A stretch of DNA of 64,000 nt, taken from assembly GCA_040285825.1 (NCBI GenBank), contig JAUPSS010000009.1, positions 496,001 to 560,000 of the forward strand. The letters are read 5' to 3'. The translations under genes and the position numbers were made by a program. Each line of letters opens with the position of its first letter. The stretch's first letter is position 1. Source of the stretch: Eukaryota sp. TZLM1-RC. Taxonomy: Eukaryota; Protista; Metamonada: BaSk clade. Under the pieces are notes generated by a model. It saw only the letters and a list, made by a program, of their open reading frames with translations, did not search any database and was not told where the DNA came from. Positions 1 through 13,500 of the stretch are shown one piece after another.

Positions 1-529
1 GACAGGCGAAAAGGTGAGGGGGTCGTCTGGGAAGTGTAGGCGATGGCCATTAGTGAAAAAGATCTGAGAGAGAAACAACATAGAAAGAGGAATAAAAAGA
101 GGGCGACAGATCAACCAAGCAGAGAATTGGAGCAATTTAGTAAAGAACGTAGGAGAAGAGAAGGGGGTAAGGGACTGTCCAACAATAAAGGAAAGATAGA
201 TGATTGTACCACACAAAATGGCACACAGAAAGATCAGAAACGAAGCAAGGGATAGGTTGGAGCTCCAGATATCCTGTAGTAACGAATAACGAAGGTATTT
301 GAGGAAGTTAAAGGGATAAAGAGAGTCATTCTGTGAATTGAGTAGTACAGCATGGGGAACAATTACAAAGAATAAGAGTTGAGCACATTCAAGAAGGGTG
401 AATATCGTCTGTCTTTTATTGAGGCGAAGTGGATTGTTCGAAAGTAGCTCACAGACTGAAAAGACAGGCTGTAGTGCCCCTGAAACCGACATTCAGGCCG
501 TGGATCACACTCAAAATGAAAGATGAATT

Positions 530-1500
530 TGTGAATTCTCCCAATTATTTCTGAATTAATTTTAGATTTATTCAAAACCTATAAATCAACATCTAAAAAA
601 TCCGTCTCAGAAATATTTAATGTTTTTGAAAACTTGGATTTTACTGTACGTCTTAGCTTGGGTAAGAAAAAAAATCCCGTTTTTGGGAACTTTCTAATTG
701 ATCTTATTGAAAATAGCACAAGTTGTCTCATTGCCCAGATTCCAAGTGCTTATAGTTTATTGTAAAATGATCATCAATGGACATCTGCCTTAAGAATGAG
801 GTGTTGATTTGGCCGTGCAGTGTGACAAAATGATTTGATTTGTCGTTGTGCTATCAATCTGAATCATTTATTGAATTGCAAATTTAATAATAGATATCGC
901 TCAGTTGTTCACGATGCTGTCATAGATCAACTATTTGCTATGTGCAAAAAATCATCACATTGAAGCTCTTGTTAAGCCATTTGTAAGTAAGTTGTCACCC
1001 AAAAATGAAGATGAAAATACTTTTGGGAAACGCCGTGCTGATTTAATTACTCCTGGATCTCATGATGTGATCAAAGTGGCTGTTGTTGCCAATGTTGATG
1101 TTTTTAAGGATTCAGCAATTGATTTTGCTAAAAAAGACGAAATTCCGCTTTGCTTGGTTGGAAAGACCAAAATGAACAAATTCAATGAACCCTTATCTCA
1201 GCTAGAACGTGTTGAGCATGTAAAGTATCAGCTTGTTCCATTTGCTGTTTCTCTTTTTGGGAACATTGCACTATCTTGCATTAAATTTCTCCAAGGTTTC
1301 CGAAGTTTAATAAAAGAAAGAGCAGCAAAAGAACTGAACTTCAATTTCTAGCACAATATAATTGTTTTCAGTATTCTCAAAGCAATTCCAGAAATTTTGA
1401 CCAAAGCACTGTTACAATTAGGAATAGAGTATGAAAATCGCGCATTGAAGAGATTTGATGATGTTGATGCGTGTATTGAGGATATTGAGTTCTAGTTTTT
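530..1500 (+). mobile_element. 3' fragment of RLE-type (CRE/R2-like) non-LTR retrotransposon, local family A, degenerate
   Basis: CCHC knuckle remnant, HD motif, RADL...DV restriction-like endonuclease motif; ends RFDDVDACIEDIEF*; homologous to 60506-61210; stops and frameshifts. Confidence 0.8.
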
Positions 1501-1604
1501 TGTGGAATGTATTGTCACAGTTAGATATAAATACTGTTTTTCAAAACGGACAGTTTTTTGAATGATTTTTAAATAATGGTTCAAGAAAAAAAATGAAAAT
1601 ATTT

Positions 1605-1930
1605 AAGATCGTAAGAGAGATAAATATACTGAGATATTAAATGATTTAAATAAGAACCTTTATTCGAAGTTTTCGTTTGTTCCTTTTGCCTTTTCGATTT
1701 TTGGCAACATTGGACAATCCGCAATGAATTTCATCAATGATTTTGGTAATTTATGTCGTTCAAGTGGTAAGAATTTTGCAGAGAATTTATGGAAAAATCG
1801 TATCATTTTCGCTTTGTACAGAAGTGTTCCCAAGTACTTGAGTTTAATGATGTCTAAACTTTATAAGGATTCATCAAGAGTTGGCGTGGAGAATTTAGTT
1901 TCTTATGTGTTTTAGTTTGTTTTGTTTTTA
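1605..1930 (+). mobile_element. 3' fragment of RLE non-LTR retrotransposon, local family B
   Basis: K..KY, FVPFAFSIFG, LWKNRIIF, ends GVENLVSYVF*; homologous to 27110-27597 and 43741-44010. Confidence 0.75.
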
Positions 1931-1982
1931 TTTGATTCTTTATATAAAATATTTAATTACTTATTTTGACGATTTATTATTG

Positions 1983-2075
1983 TATTTATTGAATTTGGAC
2001 ACTTAATTAAATTACCTCAATACTAATGGGACGACTATCATTGAACCAAGATTTCCTCTACAAAATCTTGATCTA
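1983..2075 (-). mobile_element. Extreme 3' end and UTR of non-LTR family C
   Basis: Nearly identical to 32485-32575 and 48125-48215 (QDFVEEILVQ* plus UTR). Confidence 0.75.
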
Positions 2076-2094
2076 TTATTATATAGTATTATGA

Positions 2095-2262
2095 CGCTCT
2101 TGAATTCAATTTTCCATAAAACATAAATTACCTCGGTTTTTCAATCGAATTAGAGAAGCTTCAGCTAAACAGCATGCATATCAAGATTTTTTAGAGGAAA
2201 TCTTGGTTCAATGATTTTAGTCCCATTAGTTATGAAATAATTTAATTGTGTATGTTCAATAA
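2095..2262 (+). mobile_element. Diverged 3' end of non-LTR family C, inverted relative to 1983-2075
   Basis: caagattt...gaggaaatcttggttcaatga...gtcccattag is the reverse complement of the adjacent copy. Confidence 0.7.
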
Positions 2263-2314
2263 GTATTCTTTTTGATAAAAAACCCACCTAGCAATCTTTT
2301 CGTTATCCTTTTTC

Positions 2315-3365
2315 ATGCCATCTTCTTCGTCCTCTAAGCGGATTGGATCATATGTCTTAGGTCCTAAACTTGGTGAGGGTACCTTTGGTTGTGTTCGAAA
2401 GGCCGTCCATCAACCTACAAATTCTAAAGTGGCCATCAAGTTCTTGGAGAAGTCCAAGATTGTTGATAAAGCTGATGTTAAAAGGATAACGCGAGAGATA
2501 CATATTCTACACTCTCTCAGCCATCCACATGTAGTACGATTACTTGAAGTTATTGACTCTACTAGCCATCTTTACTTAGTTACAGAATACTGCAGTGGCG
2601 GAGAACTGTTTGACTATATAGCAATTAAACGTCGTCTCGATGAAGCGGAGGCATGTAAATTGTTTCGTCAGTTAGTTGAGGGTGTGGACTACTGTCATCG
2701 CAAAAAGGTCTATCACCGAGACTTAAATTTGGAGTATGTTGCATTATTTCGGCACTAATCACATAAACGTCCTGGTGGATTCTGAGAGGAACATTAGGAT
2801 AATCAACTTTGGTCTATCCAACAGTATTAACACTATTAACGGTAATGAGATGCTTAAAACTGCTTGTGGATCACCTTGCTATGCTAGCCCTGAGATGATT
2901 GCCGGATCACGGCATCATGGGAAATCTATTGATATTTGGTCTTGTGGCATCATTCTCTTTAGTATGTTGTGTGGTTATCTTCCTTTTGAAAATCCTTCCA
3001 TTCCCAATTTGTATTCAAAGATTCTCTCTGGCACCTTCACAATTCCGTCATTTGTGTCATCTGAAGCCAGTGATCTTATTAGGAAACTCTTAACCGTGGA
3101 CCCTCAACGCCGTTGCACTATTGATGGAATTCGAAATCACCCTTGGCTTAACAAATTTAACCAAGTCTTTGTTCCTCAAGAAGACGATCCTGATGAAGTC
3201 TTGGATGAAGATATTCTGAGAGAATTAACCTCAATAGGTATAGACTCTGAACACGTCGTTTCTTCTCTTGAAAGCAAACAGTTCAACTCTGCAACTACTG
3301 CCTATATGCTCTTGAGTGCAAAGAAAAGAAAAGGGCAAAGTATATCGCTTTCCAAAGTAAAGTAG
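2315..3365 (+). pseudogene. SNF1/AMPK-alpha family Ser/Thr kinase with UBA-like tail; degenerate (pseudogene or pseudokinase); intron 2734-2764
   Basis: GEGTFG, VAIK, HRDLNLEN (K lost), NFG for DFG, LKTACGSPCYASPE; removing the 31-nt GTATGT...CTAATCACAT joins both ORFs in frame but the acceptor is AT; no C-terminal regulatory domain. Confidence 0.75.
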
Positions 3366-4559
3366 GTTTTAGTCTATGTATTAATTTTTTTATGTTTTGT
3401 ATATATGTTTAAATTTAGATGGTTCTGTGAACTGGTATTTTATTCAATTTGGATTGAGACAGAAATCATTACATTCAAACTTGCAGTTAGAAAAACAGTA
3501 GGTGATCTCACATTATATGGTAATATTATTTGGAGTGACTGGCAAAACAAAATTCAAATAAAATTACAACTCAAGTTCGGTTTAGTTTTTTGATGTTTTT
3601 GAATGCAATTCATGAATATACCAAACTGTTACAATGACATTCACATTCAAACTGTTGCAATGAAGTAAGCAGAGCGCGCTTTAGTCAAATGGGACATGTA
3701 CAAACATTGAGTCCAACTTTTTGGCATTTGGAGCATTTTGGAAAAATTTGGAGTTTGAAGAACAATTTGGTTGGGAAACTTTGAATGCAATAATGAAGTA
3801 GAATAAGGTGGCAAGGAGCAGTGGAAAGGGTACTAAAGACAGATGACAACACTTGCTTCTGTCTTTGAATTCCTTTGGAATCAGAGTTAGATTTAGATTT
3901 CACTAGTGCTGAGTATCGAGATCAGAGGTGGCTATGAGGAAGAAGTTTCAAAAATGAAAAAAAAAGGATTCTACTTTGCCAAATTTAACTCCATATTAAG
4001 TTCGATTGCCCTCGATGTCAGACCAACCGGTCGTGATGTTCTCAGTTTTGGACAGAGTAGAAAGTAGCAAAACAAGCAGTTGTTCAGGTCCCATCAAAAC
4101 AGAGAGGGAGAGGATAAGGGAGAATTATTCAGATAGCTGATTGGGAAGCGAACATGAGGTAAAAAGGAGAAGGAAACTACAAAAAAACATAGAGTTTAGA
4201 CGGAGTAACAACGACTAGAACAACTAGGCGGTATATCGAGCTGATGTTGATGACCAGTAATAGAGATATAGTGGATATGTATTTGATCCCATTGTGGAAA
4301 TTTGCATTCAAATTGAAATTGCTATAAGCATGTCAAACATCATGATAGACAGCGAGATTATCTTAACTCTTCCCATTCTTCTATCATCATGCAGCAAAAA
4401 AAGAAAAAGGATAACGAGGCTACAGACTCAGTTGCCACCTTCCCCACCAATCTGTTCAAAAAAACAACAACAAAAGAACAGCAGAATTCTTCTTCCCGAA
4501 CTCTTCAGTCGGAAACAGTCATCCTGCTTTACATGAATAAACGGATGGCCGGAGCCTCG

Positions 4560-4910
4560 ATTTCCTATCGGAATCGTCGTTCTGATCCTTCCATAGGAAG
4601 AGAGTATTGCACTTTTTTCAGTCATTATGTGAGTCATGATGTGGATGCTACTGAATTAGCCATGGTGACAATAACCTTGGATGTGGGATGTTGTTCTTGT
4701 TTGTATTTTGTTTTACATTGTTGTTACTTTGATGGTTTTCATTTTGTTGATTTATTTGGTTTGAGTACTTGTACTTTGAATATCAGATGCTTTTCCTGTT
4801 TATGTTTTGCTTTGAATTGTTGTCTTGAGTACTTTTACGATACCATTGTGGGTATCGCATCTCCTGCTGCCGATAAATGTGGAAATGCTGAAAAAAATAC
4901 TGAAGAAATG
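4560..4910 (+). repeat. Truncated copy of the hairpin / 2A-like element leader
   Basis: Clear nucleotide homology to the reverse complement of about 45460-45845; ends at GNAEKNTE, matching GNVEANPGP of the other copy. Confidence 0.7.
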
Positions 4911-7511
4911 TAATACTTATGTTGAAAGTTGTTAGTATAGTCTTGGGACCATTAGCATTTGAACACCAAAGAGTCGATAGTACGCAGGTAAAATCTATGA
5001 AGGGGGCTTGATCTCGTTTTTGTCTTTTTCTTTTTGTGCCGACTGTCGTTACTGTTTGTATTGCTGTTATTGTATCGAATTTACTTTTTTTTAATTCTGT
5101 AGCATTTACGCAGACAGTGATTCCGGAGCCTGACACAATGGAAGTCAAAATTGTTTTCACATTTTCAGCGATTTAAGAGAACTTGAAAATGCTCTTAATT
5201 GTTATGCCCCGTAAGTAAGTGCATTCCCGATAATGTACATGGAATACCAGCCAAAACGTTAGTTAATTTGAGGTGTTATGCGAAAAAGTTGCTACAAATA
5301 TTAGCAATGGTTTTTGATGGTCAGGATTTCAATGTTCGTCCAGGTTTAGCCAAAAAGATAATTCTCATTTCGCAAATTTTATAACTTGATTTGCAAATAT
5401 GGATAAATAATTTCTCCAAATCAATTGTTCAATTTTGAACCGTTTATTAATGTCCCAACAAACGTTCATGATGCAGTAAGTAATCAAATCCATTGTATGT
5501 CACAGTCACACAGAATTGTTTCCTTTTTAGTACCATTTCTTCTTGTGTGGTTGATAAAAATGCATTGATTTCATTTGGTCGACATAGAGGTACTTCAATG
5601 CTTGAATGTCTTGACGGGATGACTATCATTGCTGATATGAGATCAACTGATGTGTGTAATAATTCATTTACACCAAGACAAATTGACACCTGTGAAGCAA
5701 AATTGATATCCTTTATTGGCGTATCGCATACTCAATATATCCTTTGTCTACCCAATCATTTCATACATGGCTCGCGTTGACCACTTGCTTTATCTGTCTT
5801 GGATCATTGTGTCGAAATTGTAAAATAACCTTCAGTAAGAATTTTTGACAAACTGTATAGGCAGAACAGTATTGTATATTCAATTTTAAAAGGTGATGTA
5901 CTTTTGATATTTTCCGCTTTATTATTTCTAGGTTGTTTTTGCGAAGAAGAAAGCTCCAGCCAATTTTTCCTGACTGGGTTGGGATATAAAGATTGAGATT
6001 TTCAATATTTGTTGTTTAATTATTCGTTGGAATAAGTTAAATTCAGTCAAAAAATGTTTTCATATAAATAGATAAATAAAAATTCTGAATATAATGCAGC
6101 ACGTCTAAGCCATTGGGGGTTTGCCGTTCTAATACGCCCTTTGCAAAAGATCGAATTTAGAAATGTCAAAATGTTTTCCATATTTTTGAACAGTTTATAC
6201 AAAAGAGACTAACAGAAGTAAATGAATAATCCAAGCAAATGACTAAAATGATGAATTCTTTCTACAAGACATTAATCAGTGCTAATTGAACCCATATGTA
6301 ATCCGTAACAGGATTGTTGATCTTGCTGAACCACGAAACTTACCAAATTACGAAACTCTTTGGTAATCAGTACTATCAATTATGGAGTCTTCAAGAAATA
6401 ATTTTGATAGAAATTGTTCTAAAAAAGAAGCGTCTCGATAAGATTTCCACATAACAGTAAGGAAAATGATCAATTACAGCATTATGTAGAGTATTTCCAA
6501 ATATAAAGAATGTTCAAAGTGCAAAATATACGTGGATAGAAGAAATTTTCCATATTGAGAAATCAAATGATTAGTTATTTCATTTGGCCACAAAATCCAA
6601 CGGAAGTGTAATAGTTATTCATTATTCTGCTGAGGCAATATATTCATCTCGACAATTTGAGTCCTAATATGATTAAACATAAAGAAGTAGTTCTATAATT
6701 TTTTCATGGAAAATGTTTAACTGTTTCCTGTTGAAAAAATCAAAGAGTAAACAAAAAATTAACAATGCACAATCAGTTGAAATTGAATCTGCTGGTGAAA
6801 TTTTAAAGAAATTAAATTTATTATTTGTTTTACTATTACATGCAGACTGTGTTCCGTGCAATAGTTAATGGATTCTTGCTGGCATTCATGAGTGTTCTTG
6901 AATCATTTGAAAATAATTTCAAAAACCCGATGGAAATCATTAGTGTTTTTGGACACCTCGTTTAACGCACTTCTTTTTGAGGAATGGAAAAAAGTGATTT
7001 ATCAGAAACAAAATGAACCACAATGAATTCCCATACAATTCCGTATTGGGTGTCGCATTCGAATATGCATTTATTCCAAGAACAAATATTAATGATTAAG
7101 CTATAATTATGGAGATGTTTGGAGTGTTTTTCTTGGCATGGTTCAAAAAATATATTATCAAAGAACTGTATAGTTACGAGGGATTAGGAAGTACAGACTG
7201 TCCTGGTTGGGCAATTGGTTTCAGACATGGACAAACACAAGGATATTTCAAAGAGACTGTTAAATAAACAATTAAAAAAAGAAAAAATATGCACTGTAAT
7301 TTCATTTGATGAATTGTTCTTATGAATAATTTGACAAATTGAAGATCTTTCAAATAATTTTTGAAAGCAAAAATTATGGTTTTTGCCAGGCCAAGGCTTT
7401 CATTCATTTTAACAAGATGATGTTGCAGCTTTTTCAAGTAAAAAGGTACCAAAACTGAAAGAAGTTTCAACAGAAACAATTTATAGAAGGACAATAATAA
7501 AAAAATACCGG

Positions 7512-10500
7512 CTACTCATACTTTGGCTGATACAGATGGTCTCTACCTTCGAAAACATGCAGATACGAAGCTGGTATCTTTGATAGACAAACCCAGCCTT
7601 TCTTTAAGCGTCTTTTAAGTCTATATAGCTGATTGGGATTTTTTTCTAAATTATAGTAAAACACAAATTCTTGGTTCATTACATGGGAAATGACTGTTGA
7701 AAGGTCTGTGTTCCAAGAAGCATCAGGTTCTTTAAATGACAAATAATTAGTTCGGCACAGTTGGAGATTGGAAACATCTGCTTCTACAAAAGGAGGAGAC
7801 GCCCCTTCAATTTTTCGAGAAGCTCCAGGAGCAGTAAAGTCGACCTCCATGTCATAGTTTCCTACCTTGAATTTGAGCCGTTGACACAGAGCATTGACCT
7901 TATCAAAGCTAGTGATGTTGTATATAAGTTTGGAGTTCTGAAGACTCTTCAGAAATTTATCTGCAGTCGCTTTAACATCAGTCGTTGGGCATGTACAATC
8001 AATATCATTGGCAGTTTGGTTCCCGATTACCCAGTCTCGGACATAGCCACCATATATTTTGCAATCACATTCCCACAGCAAGATATGGCATAAATACTCT
8101 TGAAGACTTTCCCTACAGAGATTATCCAGTAGTGGTCTTTCGCCGGACAACAATCTACTTAATCTAGGATTCTGATTAACACAGTTGGCATTTTGATCTA
8201 CAGCAGAACAACCAGGCATCTTTACAATAACCAAATTTTCCTTCAATTTTCGATAAATTACGGCAGTCAAGATAGACACTAAATTTTGAAGACCAGCTGA
8301 GAGCCTCAAAACAAACTGATTGTTGACATCGTCATGAGCAAAATTAAAAGCGGCTGAGATCTCGACACGAGATACTGAAACTGCTTTCCGAATCATAACT
8401 TTAATATCAAGTCTTACAGAATTGATCAGAGTTGATTGAATTGTAAGTTGTGGATTCGTGATTGCAAAGTTACAAACAACATCTTCTCGTATGTTGTCAT
8501 CATCCAGCCTACGAATTTTACGAACTTTTTGAGACTCCATATTTACTTGGATGGCTTTAGCAAAGTTGATTTGGTACTTTTCTGGTCTCCCAGGGATAGA
8601 GAGATCTATAACTGAATGTCCAGATGATCCACAATAGTCTTTGTACGCATTTTCCAAGGTTTGACGTAGGTAAATATCGAAATTTTTCCACAAATCCCCT
8701 TCTTTGAACTGCCAAATCCCCTTTCCAGAAACATTAACTTTAACCGTCTTCCTTTGAATACGTCGCCGATAGCAAGTTTTAATATTCTTCTGTGTCATAC
8801 TTTCAAAACTGATTAAATAGTCTTGAGTCAAATCATCACGGAGACGAACAATATTAGAGGCAATGAAAGACTTTTTCGCTTCTTTTAAAACATAAAGTGA
8901 CCACTGTGATTCAATAAGTCTAGATAAATTCTCTGTGTAAGCCTTCCACTGCCCACCATCGTCCTGCCAATACCATCTCGCCACTAATTCAAGAGAATGG
9001 TCAGGGTCATAATCACTGACAGAATGCGATTCGAAATGAAAAGGGACCGGAACATTGATGGGTTTGAAAGTAATTTCTCCTTTGGGTATGTCTACCCTGT
9101 CCATTTCTAGAAATAGAAGAGGTAAACAATAGGAAGTTTTAAAGTCTATCGGATTATTCACAACATAACAATAATTGGTAACTTCCTTGAAAATACCACA
9201 AATAGGAAGAATAGCAGCAACAATCATGAATCGACAACCTTTAGCATAGCCCACGGAAATCTCAGGGTTTTCTGAAACTCCAAAATACTAGAATAAGTTG
9301 GAATAAATTACCACAAACCTCGCCAGGTCCATGAACTTGACCCGTTCTGTACCTGGGATCAAAACCATCATAAGCTATCGAACCAACAGATTTGTGTTTA
9401 GTTCCATGCCAAGCAAATTTGACACTTTCAAGACAAGATATTCCTTGCTTCAATACAACTTTGGAAAACCGCTGAATGGCTGGACAACCCAAAGCAAGAC
9501 TTGGATTCCTCATTTTGCGGATTAAGTCTGGTTTAATATTCCACAGCTTTTTGACAAATTCTTCAGCTTTTAAAAACAATTTCTCCAAATGATTATCACT
9601 GGTTTTCTTTAACAAGCCGTATTCGTGGCAAGAAATTCCAGAATGCAAATAATCATTCAAAGCTCCGCAGAAGTGACATTGTCCCAGACCACAAACTTCA
9701 CAGAAACAATATTCATCCATTTTACACATAAGAGATCTGCAATCAAAACTACGGCAAGCAGTGACAGAAGGAAACTTATTAGGAGAGGAAAGAACACACT
9801 GTGCTGTGATTTTGGATATAAGAGATAAGAAATCTTGTCGTTTGCTGAATGTTTTGCGAATGTCGGATAGTGAAACAACTTCATTGCATTTCGGACACTT
9901 AATTGATTGACTAACTGATTGATTGAACTCTAAATGACAGCTGGTCGTTGATTGAACATGATCTAGTAAGCACTGAGTGCAGTGTAGGTGACCACAATGG
10001 AAAAAACGACTGGAGCTGGGACCACGGCAGAAAACACAAAGTTGAGTGGCGAGGTTAGAATCTACTTGGTTGCTGTTGATGAATTCTCTAATGAATTGTT
10101 TCAAACATGTGATAGTGACTTCATTGCGCTTATGCCTTGGCACAAATAGTTCCAAGACGGATTTTAAATAATTAAACTTAATGCATTGTGAGAAATCAGT
10201 ATATCTTGAATTTTCAGTAATAAACATTTCAAATAGACTGAGTGTACCTTTTTTAGAGGAAAACAACGATTTTTGTTTTGGATTGAGTCCAACCAATTCA
10301 AACCTAGTAGCACATTCGGCACTATATTCATTCAGGGTTGACATGAAATGTCCTTGATTAACTTTGTGTCCAAAAATGGAAACCAGTATTTTAAACTTGA
10401 GCTGAGATACTTCAACTTTGACGTTTGCTTCAGACGACCATTTTTGAATAAGACCAGTATCTTTTGCTTCACGAATGAAGTACATTTGAAACACATCTTG

Positions 10501-13500
10501 GAAAGTTAACTTGAGAGGTTCTAAAATTGACAACAATGCCAAAGATGCCTTAAAATACTGCTGAGGACTTGAAGACTTGACTGAGATTTTTGTATTATTG
10601 GCCACTGCAGAAACCTCAACACCATAGAGATTCCCCAGATGCTGGGAAACAGTGGCTAGAGAGAAGATATTCAAATCAACGGGACGTTCATAGTTGAAAG
10701 ATACTTGTTCCTCCATGGCCCGAAGACGATCAAAGGCGGACGTGCAGACATCTTTATCAGAAAAAGAAAGCCGGTATAAGTGCATCTTCTTGAACTGCTT
10801 AATCAAAAAAACAGAACATTCTGGAACCACTACCTTGACCTGGAATTCTTTCAACTTCGTAAATAATGTAAACTGTGGTTGAATGCGAGAACGTTCTGCA
10901 GAAGTGGAAATCCTAACATCATTAAATTTTTGCAACTTCTCCATGGCTCTTTTGAACAAATCATTTGAGACTCCCGAAAATGTAACAAAACCACGCTGAA
11001 ATTGTCGTATTCCCTTTGCTAAATCTTCTCTGCTGGGAGGTGCAAGATTGAAAGATAGAGGAAATTTGCCAAAATTAGTGAGCTTGTTGAGCAATTCACC
11101 CCCAAGAGCTGAATTACACATTTCCATAAAATGCGCAATACTTTCTTGCTTTGGCCTAGTAATAACAACAGCTTGACAACCACCAATTACCTCATACAAT
11201 TGACAACCTTCACCCAACTGAACAGAATAATTGTTAAACTCTAACATGTTACAAGTTGAAGTTTTCTCGGCTTTAAGCTGATGTACAAATGCCTGACACT
11301 CATGTTTGAGCGTCAAGAACAAGGTTTCAGGAGCCGCAAGATGAATATTGTTATCAATGTAGAAAAGATCAACTAACCAATAAAAAGAATCTCTTGACGG
11401 TTTCCCTTTTGACAACATAATGTGCTTCATGCACTTTTGGAAATAGAATGCGCCAACATTTGGAATGATCAGTTCAGACTTGAGCTTGATTTGGTGGGTT
11501 TTGATGTATTTGCTGACAGATTGTGGAAGATCGGTTGTTGTAACAGGATGTAACCTATCCACAAAGGTCATAAAATCAGTATCAGTGATATTCAGAGCTA
11601 CACAGAATTCACTATTCTTAGTGTTCTGAGAAAAGACAGAGTTACGGTTGACAGATCCTTTGACTTGACTCTCAAGCAAGAATAAGAGTGGTCCCGAGCT
11701 GATTGGTGAATTAATAAATTGACAAATCATTTCAGGAAAGACCGAAATGAGAATTTTCCCAAGAATTTGAGAAAAAGTAGTAATGTTGTTGTTTGAGTCA
11801 GAAAAGGTCCCCAGTTTTTTGAAATCACGAATAATACCAAAAGATTGGGTGCAAACTCCTGCACAGATCTTATTGTTAAGAAAATTTCGTTTGGCATAAA
11901 CCTTGACGAGACGAAATTTCCGTCGATAGAATTCTTCATATTGAATAACCTCATCCAGCATCATTATCAAATCTGAGTCAAATTTCGATTGTAATAACTG
12001 TTGTCGTTGTTTTGCGTCCTCCTTTTCTTTCTCGGTTAAGTGAAATTGAAAATAAATCGTGCCAGGTGCTGCCAAAATAGCTGCAAGCTTGGCTCCAAGT
12101 TGAAGAAATCCTTGTTGGGCACATTGTAAAACAAGAAAGGATAAACGAACATCTAACTGTTGAGTAAAGAAAAACTTTCCCAGTTTAGTAACTTTTCCTG
12201 AATAATCGATACAGCCAAACTTTGAAAGTAATTCGACAGAATTATTCATAATCTTCAAGTCTGGTTTATCCAATAGGTCTACATCAAGAGGATTTTGATT
12301 GAGAGAAACTAACTTCAAAACCACAAAATCTAAGGAAGATCTCAATATTTCAGGTTCAATTGATTCACGTTCAAGGTCCTTTTCAAAGTTGAACAAGCGA
12401 ATACATTTACCTTGAGAAAGTCTTCCCGCTCTCCCTTTGCGTTGGTTGGCTGAAGACTTACTGATGTAGCATTCACGGAGAATGGTCATTCGCCTTATGG
12501 GACAATACCGAGCAACTTTCTCTAAACCTGTGTCAATGACGAGCTTGATCCCCGGAACCGTTAAGGAAGTTTCCGCGACATTGGTGCAAAAGCAAATCAT
12601 TCGAAGAGTTTCAGAAGTGTTTTCATTTTGATCAAACTCCAAAACTTCCCGTTGTTGATCTGCCATCAGTTTTCCGTGAAGAGGTTTAACAATGAATTGG
12701 TCAAAACCCTGCTCTTGACATAACAGTCTCGTTCTCGTCACACATTGCTCAATTTCCTTACTTCCAGAAACAAAGACTAACACATGGCCAGATGGAATAG
12801 AATCTTCATAGTTGAAACCAGAATTCATTTCATCAATGACAATTTCTGGTAAATCTTGAATTAAAGTTTGGGGCTCAGTGTTTTTTCTTCAACTTCTACC
12901 CTAAACAGACGACCTGGAACTCGGAGAGGAGTGTAGTGAGGAGCCGAAGATTTATAGAAGTATGTGAGAAAAACGAAAGGGTCAATTGTTGCAGAGGCGA
13001 TTATGACTTTAAAGTCGCTTCTTCTTGCACATACCAACTTTGCGATGGCCATTACTATATCGGTATCCAGGCTGCGCTCATGAGCCTCATCGATAATTAA
13101 AACATTTACATCGGTCAATAACATATTGCTTGAAGCTTTTCTAATCAAACACCCATCAGTCATTAAAACAATCTCTCTTCCAGTAATTTGTTTCCCCCCA
13201 ACCTCAAAACCAACATTTTCACCAGGATCTACTCCATCGTACTCGTGAGCAATACGGTCAGCTAAAGATAACGCGGCTATTGCTCTCGGTTGAGTACAAA
13301 CTACTTTGAAAGGACGGTTCCCCACCTTCTTTTTACAATATTCAGCTGCATATTGTGGCAACTGCGTGGTCTTTCCAGATCCCGTTTCAGCGATACAAAC
13401 AGTAACTTGTTGAGAATCAAGGCGTTCATGGAATTCAGAATAAGCAGCAAGGATTGGGAGTGAAGCAGTCTGACGGTCTTGAAAACGTTCTGCAAGTGAC

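Noticed and set aside
1-520. Purine-rich stretch with 70-aa ORFs
   Set aside because: No recognisable motif; cut by the window edge
1983-2075. Recurring conserved non-coding block as a possible snRNA or other ncRNA gene
   Set aside because: It is the ORF end and 3' UTR of non-LTR family C, contiguous with RT/RLE sequence at 32.5 kb and 48.1 kb
4920-7500. Short ORFs, possibly decayed transposon genes
   Set aside because: No motif I can assign with confidence
12878-12892. Programmed -1 ribosomal frameshift site
   Set aside because: The A-run is not in X XXY YYZ phase with the upstream frame; homopolymer error is simpler
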